NCBI GenBank assembly: GCA_018712865.1
Contig: DVGH01000034.1
Span: 48,941 to 112,940, forward strand
DNA length: 64,000 bases
Reading direction: 5' to 3'
From: Candidatus Scatovicinus merdipullorum
GTDB taxonomy: Bacteria > Bacillota > Clostridia > Oscillospirales > Acutalibacteraceae
In this document: piece by piece, positions 62,889-64,000 of the stretch
How the letters are laid out: each line of letters opens with the position of its first letter
Position numbering within the stretch: position 1 is the first letter of the stretch
The notes under the pieces: model-generated
What the model saw: only the letters and a program-made list of their open reading frames with translations
What the model was told of the DNA's origin: nothing
The model's database searches: none
Made by a program: the position numbers and the translations under genes

Positions 62889-64000
62889 ATGGCGCTGGAC
62901 GGTGCTTTTTTACACCATTTAAAGGCAGAGCTTCAAAGCGCTTTGCTCCATTGCCGGGTAGAAAAAATTTATCAGCCGGCAAAAGAGGAGATTGTGCTTT
63001 CCATGCGCGGTGCAGGCGGAGCGCACAAGCTTCTGCTTTCATCGCGCGCAAACTCCCCTCGGGCTGCGTTAACCGCTTATGCGCCTGAAAACCCGCAAAC
63101 CCCCCCCATGCTGTGCATGCTTTTGCGCAAACGTCTCTCGGGCGCAAAGCTTAAAGATATCCGCCAACCCAATCTGGAGCGGATGCTCTGTTTTGACTTT
63201 GACGCAACCAATGAGCTGGGCGACCGGGTCGTGCTGACGCTGATCATCGAAATCATGGGCAAATACAGCAACGTCATTTTAACAGAAGAAGACGGCAAAA
63301 TTATTGATGCGTTAAAGCGCGTAGACATGACCATGTCGTCACAACGGTTGATTCTGCCGGGCATCCCCTATCAAATACCGCCTGCACAGGATAAGCTTTG
63401 CTTTTTACAGACCGATATACAAGACATTCTTGCGTATATCTATAAGCAGGAAAATACCCTTCCGTTAAGTCGTGCGCTGTTAAACCATATTCAGGGCCTT
63501 TCCCCCATTGTATGCCGGGAGCTTGCCCATCTCTCCTGCCGCGGGGCAGACCCCGCAGTGCAAGCCATGACCCCGGAGCACAGGCAAAGGCTGCAGTTTT
63601 TCCTGTCCAGAACGGCGCAAACCGTTCAAAATACAAGCGGCGCTCCATATATGGTCTGTCGGCCCGACGGCAAGCCGTTGGACTTTTCCTTTATGAATAT
63701 CGTCCAGTACGGTACGGCAGCCAGCACAAAGCGCTGCGAAAGCTTTTCCCGGCTGCTTGACAGCTTTTACTATGAACGTGACCGGGCCGAGCGCATGCGC
63801 ACAAAGGCGCAGGATCTGTTAAAGCTTTTAACAAACGCCTCTGATCGGCTTGCAAGAAAAATCAACGCACAAAAGGCAGAGCTTTCCCAATGTGCAGATC
63901 GTGAAGCCCTGCGTATTTGCGGCGATCTTATCCAGGCAAACCTTTATAAAATTGAAAGGGGCGCCCCTTTTGCAGACCTGGAAAATTTTTATGGTAAGCA
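62889..64000 (+). CDS. rqcH: Ribosome quality control protein RqcH (NFACT/FbpA family), 5' part; continues beyond the window
   Basis: Not in the ORF track because it has no stop in the window. Read by hand: MALDGAFLHHLKAELQSALLHCRVEKIYQPAKEEIVLSMRG... (NFACT-N). I checked that the frame is open to nt 64000. RBS GAAAAGGAAGGTGG. Confidence 0.85.
   Translation, partial: MALDGAFLHHLKAELQSALLHCRVEKIYQPAKEEIVLSMRGAGGAHKLLLSSRANSPRAALTAYAPENPQTPPMLCMLLRKRLSGAKLKDIRQPNLERMLCFDFDATNELGDRVVLTLIIEIMGKYSNVILTEEDGKIIDALKRVDMTMSSQRLILPGIPYQIPPAQDKLCFLQTDIQDILAYIYKQENTLPLSRALLNHIQGLSPIVCRELAHLSCRGADPAVQAMTPEHRQRLQFFLSRTAQTVQNTSGAPYMVCRPDGKPLDFSFMNIVQYGTAASTKRCESFSRLLDSFYYERDRAERMRTKAQDLLKLLTNASDRLARKINAQKAELSQCADREALRICGDLIQANLYKIERGAPFADLENFYGK

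Noticed and set aside
1-64000. Mobile elements, prophage, defence islands, CRISPR-Cas, rRNA/tRNA genes
   Set aside because: No transposase, integrase, recombinase, phage structural, restriction-modification or cas-like ORF was recognised in any frame. I saw no tRNA-like T-arm motifs in intergenic DNA and no long direct or inverted terminal repeats.

Overview
64-kb chromosomal window from a spore-forming Clostridia-class Firmicute. It looks Oscillospiraceae/Ruminococcaceae-like and roughly 50% GC by eye; the taxon is inference. Gene density is high and the content is almost all housekeeping. Left to right: a GerA/SpoVAF-family gene (truncated by the window edge), spmB and spmA; an AbrB-like regulator; dCMP deaminase, trxB and a PfkB kinase; nfo and cysK. 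A minus-strand dcw (division/cell-wall) cluster follows: mraZ-rsmH-ftsL-spoVD/ftsI-[Mur-ligase-like remnant]-mraY-ftsW/spoVE-murG-murA-ftsQ-ftsZ. Next come coaD-rsmD, uvrC, ptsH, rimM-trmD, mutS2, and the phoH-ybeY-dgkA-era-yqzL-recO block. On the plus strand are holB-yaaT, a small ferredoxin, a YabB-like methyltransferase, rsmI, folC and spoIIAA-spoIIAB-sigF. The remainder holds metA and proS, a large secreted dockerin-bearing alkaline phosphatase next to a frameshifted AraC regulator, three small unknown ORFs, proBA, an M28 peptidase, an amino-acid ABC transporter, a sigma-70-family factor, comM/yifB, a second murA, an MBL hydrolase, rlmH and the 5' part of rqcH. I found no rRNA, tRNA, CRISPR array, transposase, integrase or prophage genes. 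Two CDSs missing from the ORF track were read directly from the sequence: a 56-aa 2x[4Fe-4S] ferredoxin and a 58-aa YqzL-like ORF. The open-ended rqcH was also read this way. The most unusual items are: (i) a 1149-aa PhoA-type alkaline phosphatase with a type I dockerin nested inside one of about six starch-binding-like modules; (ii) two small paralogous proteins that look like catalytically dead Mur-ligase central domains, one sitting in the murF slot of a dcw cluster that lacks murE/murF/murD/murC/ftsA; (iii) an AraC regulator interrupted at an A7 run; (iv) a triad of small Pro/Ala-linker proteins. All domain calls come from motif reading and memory of the families. No database search was run.
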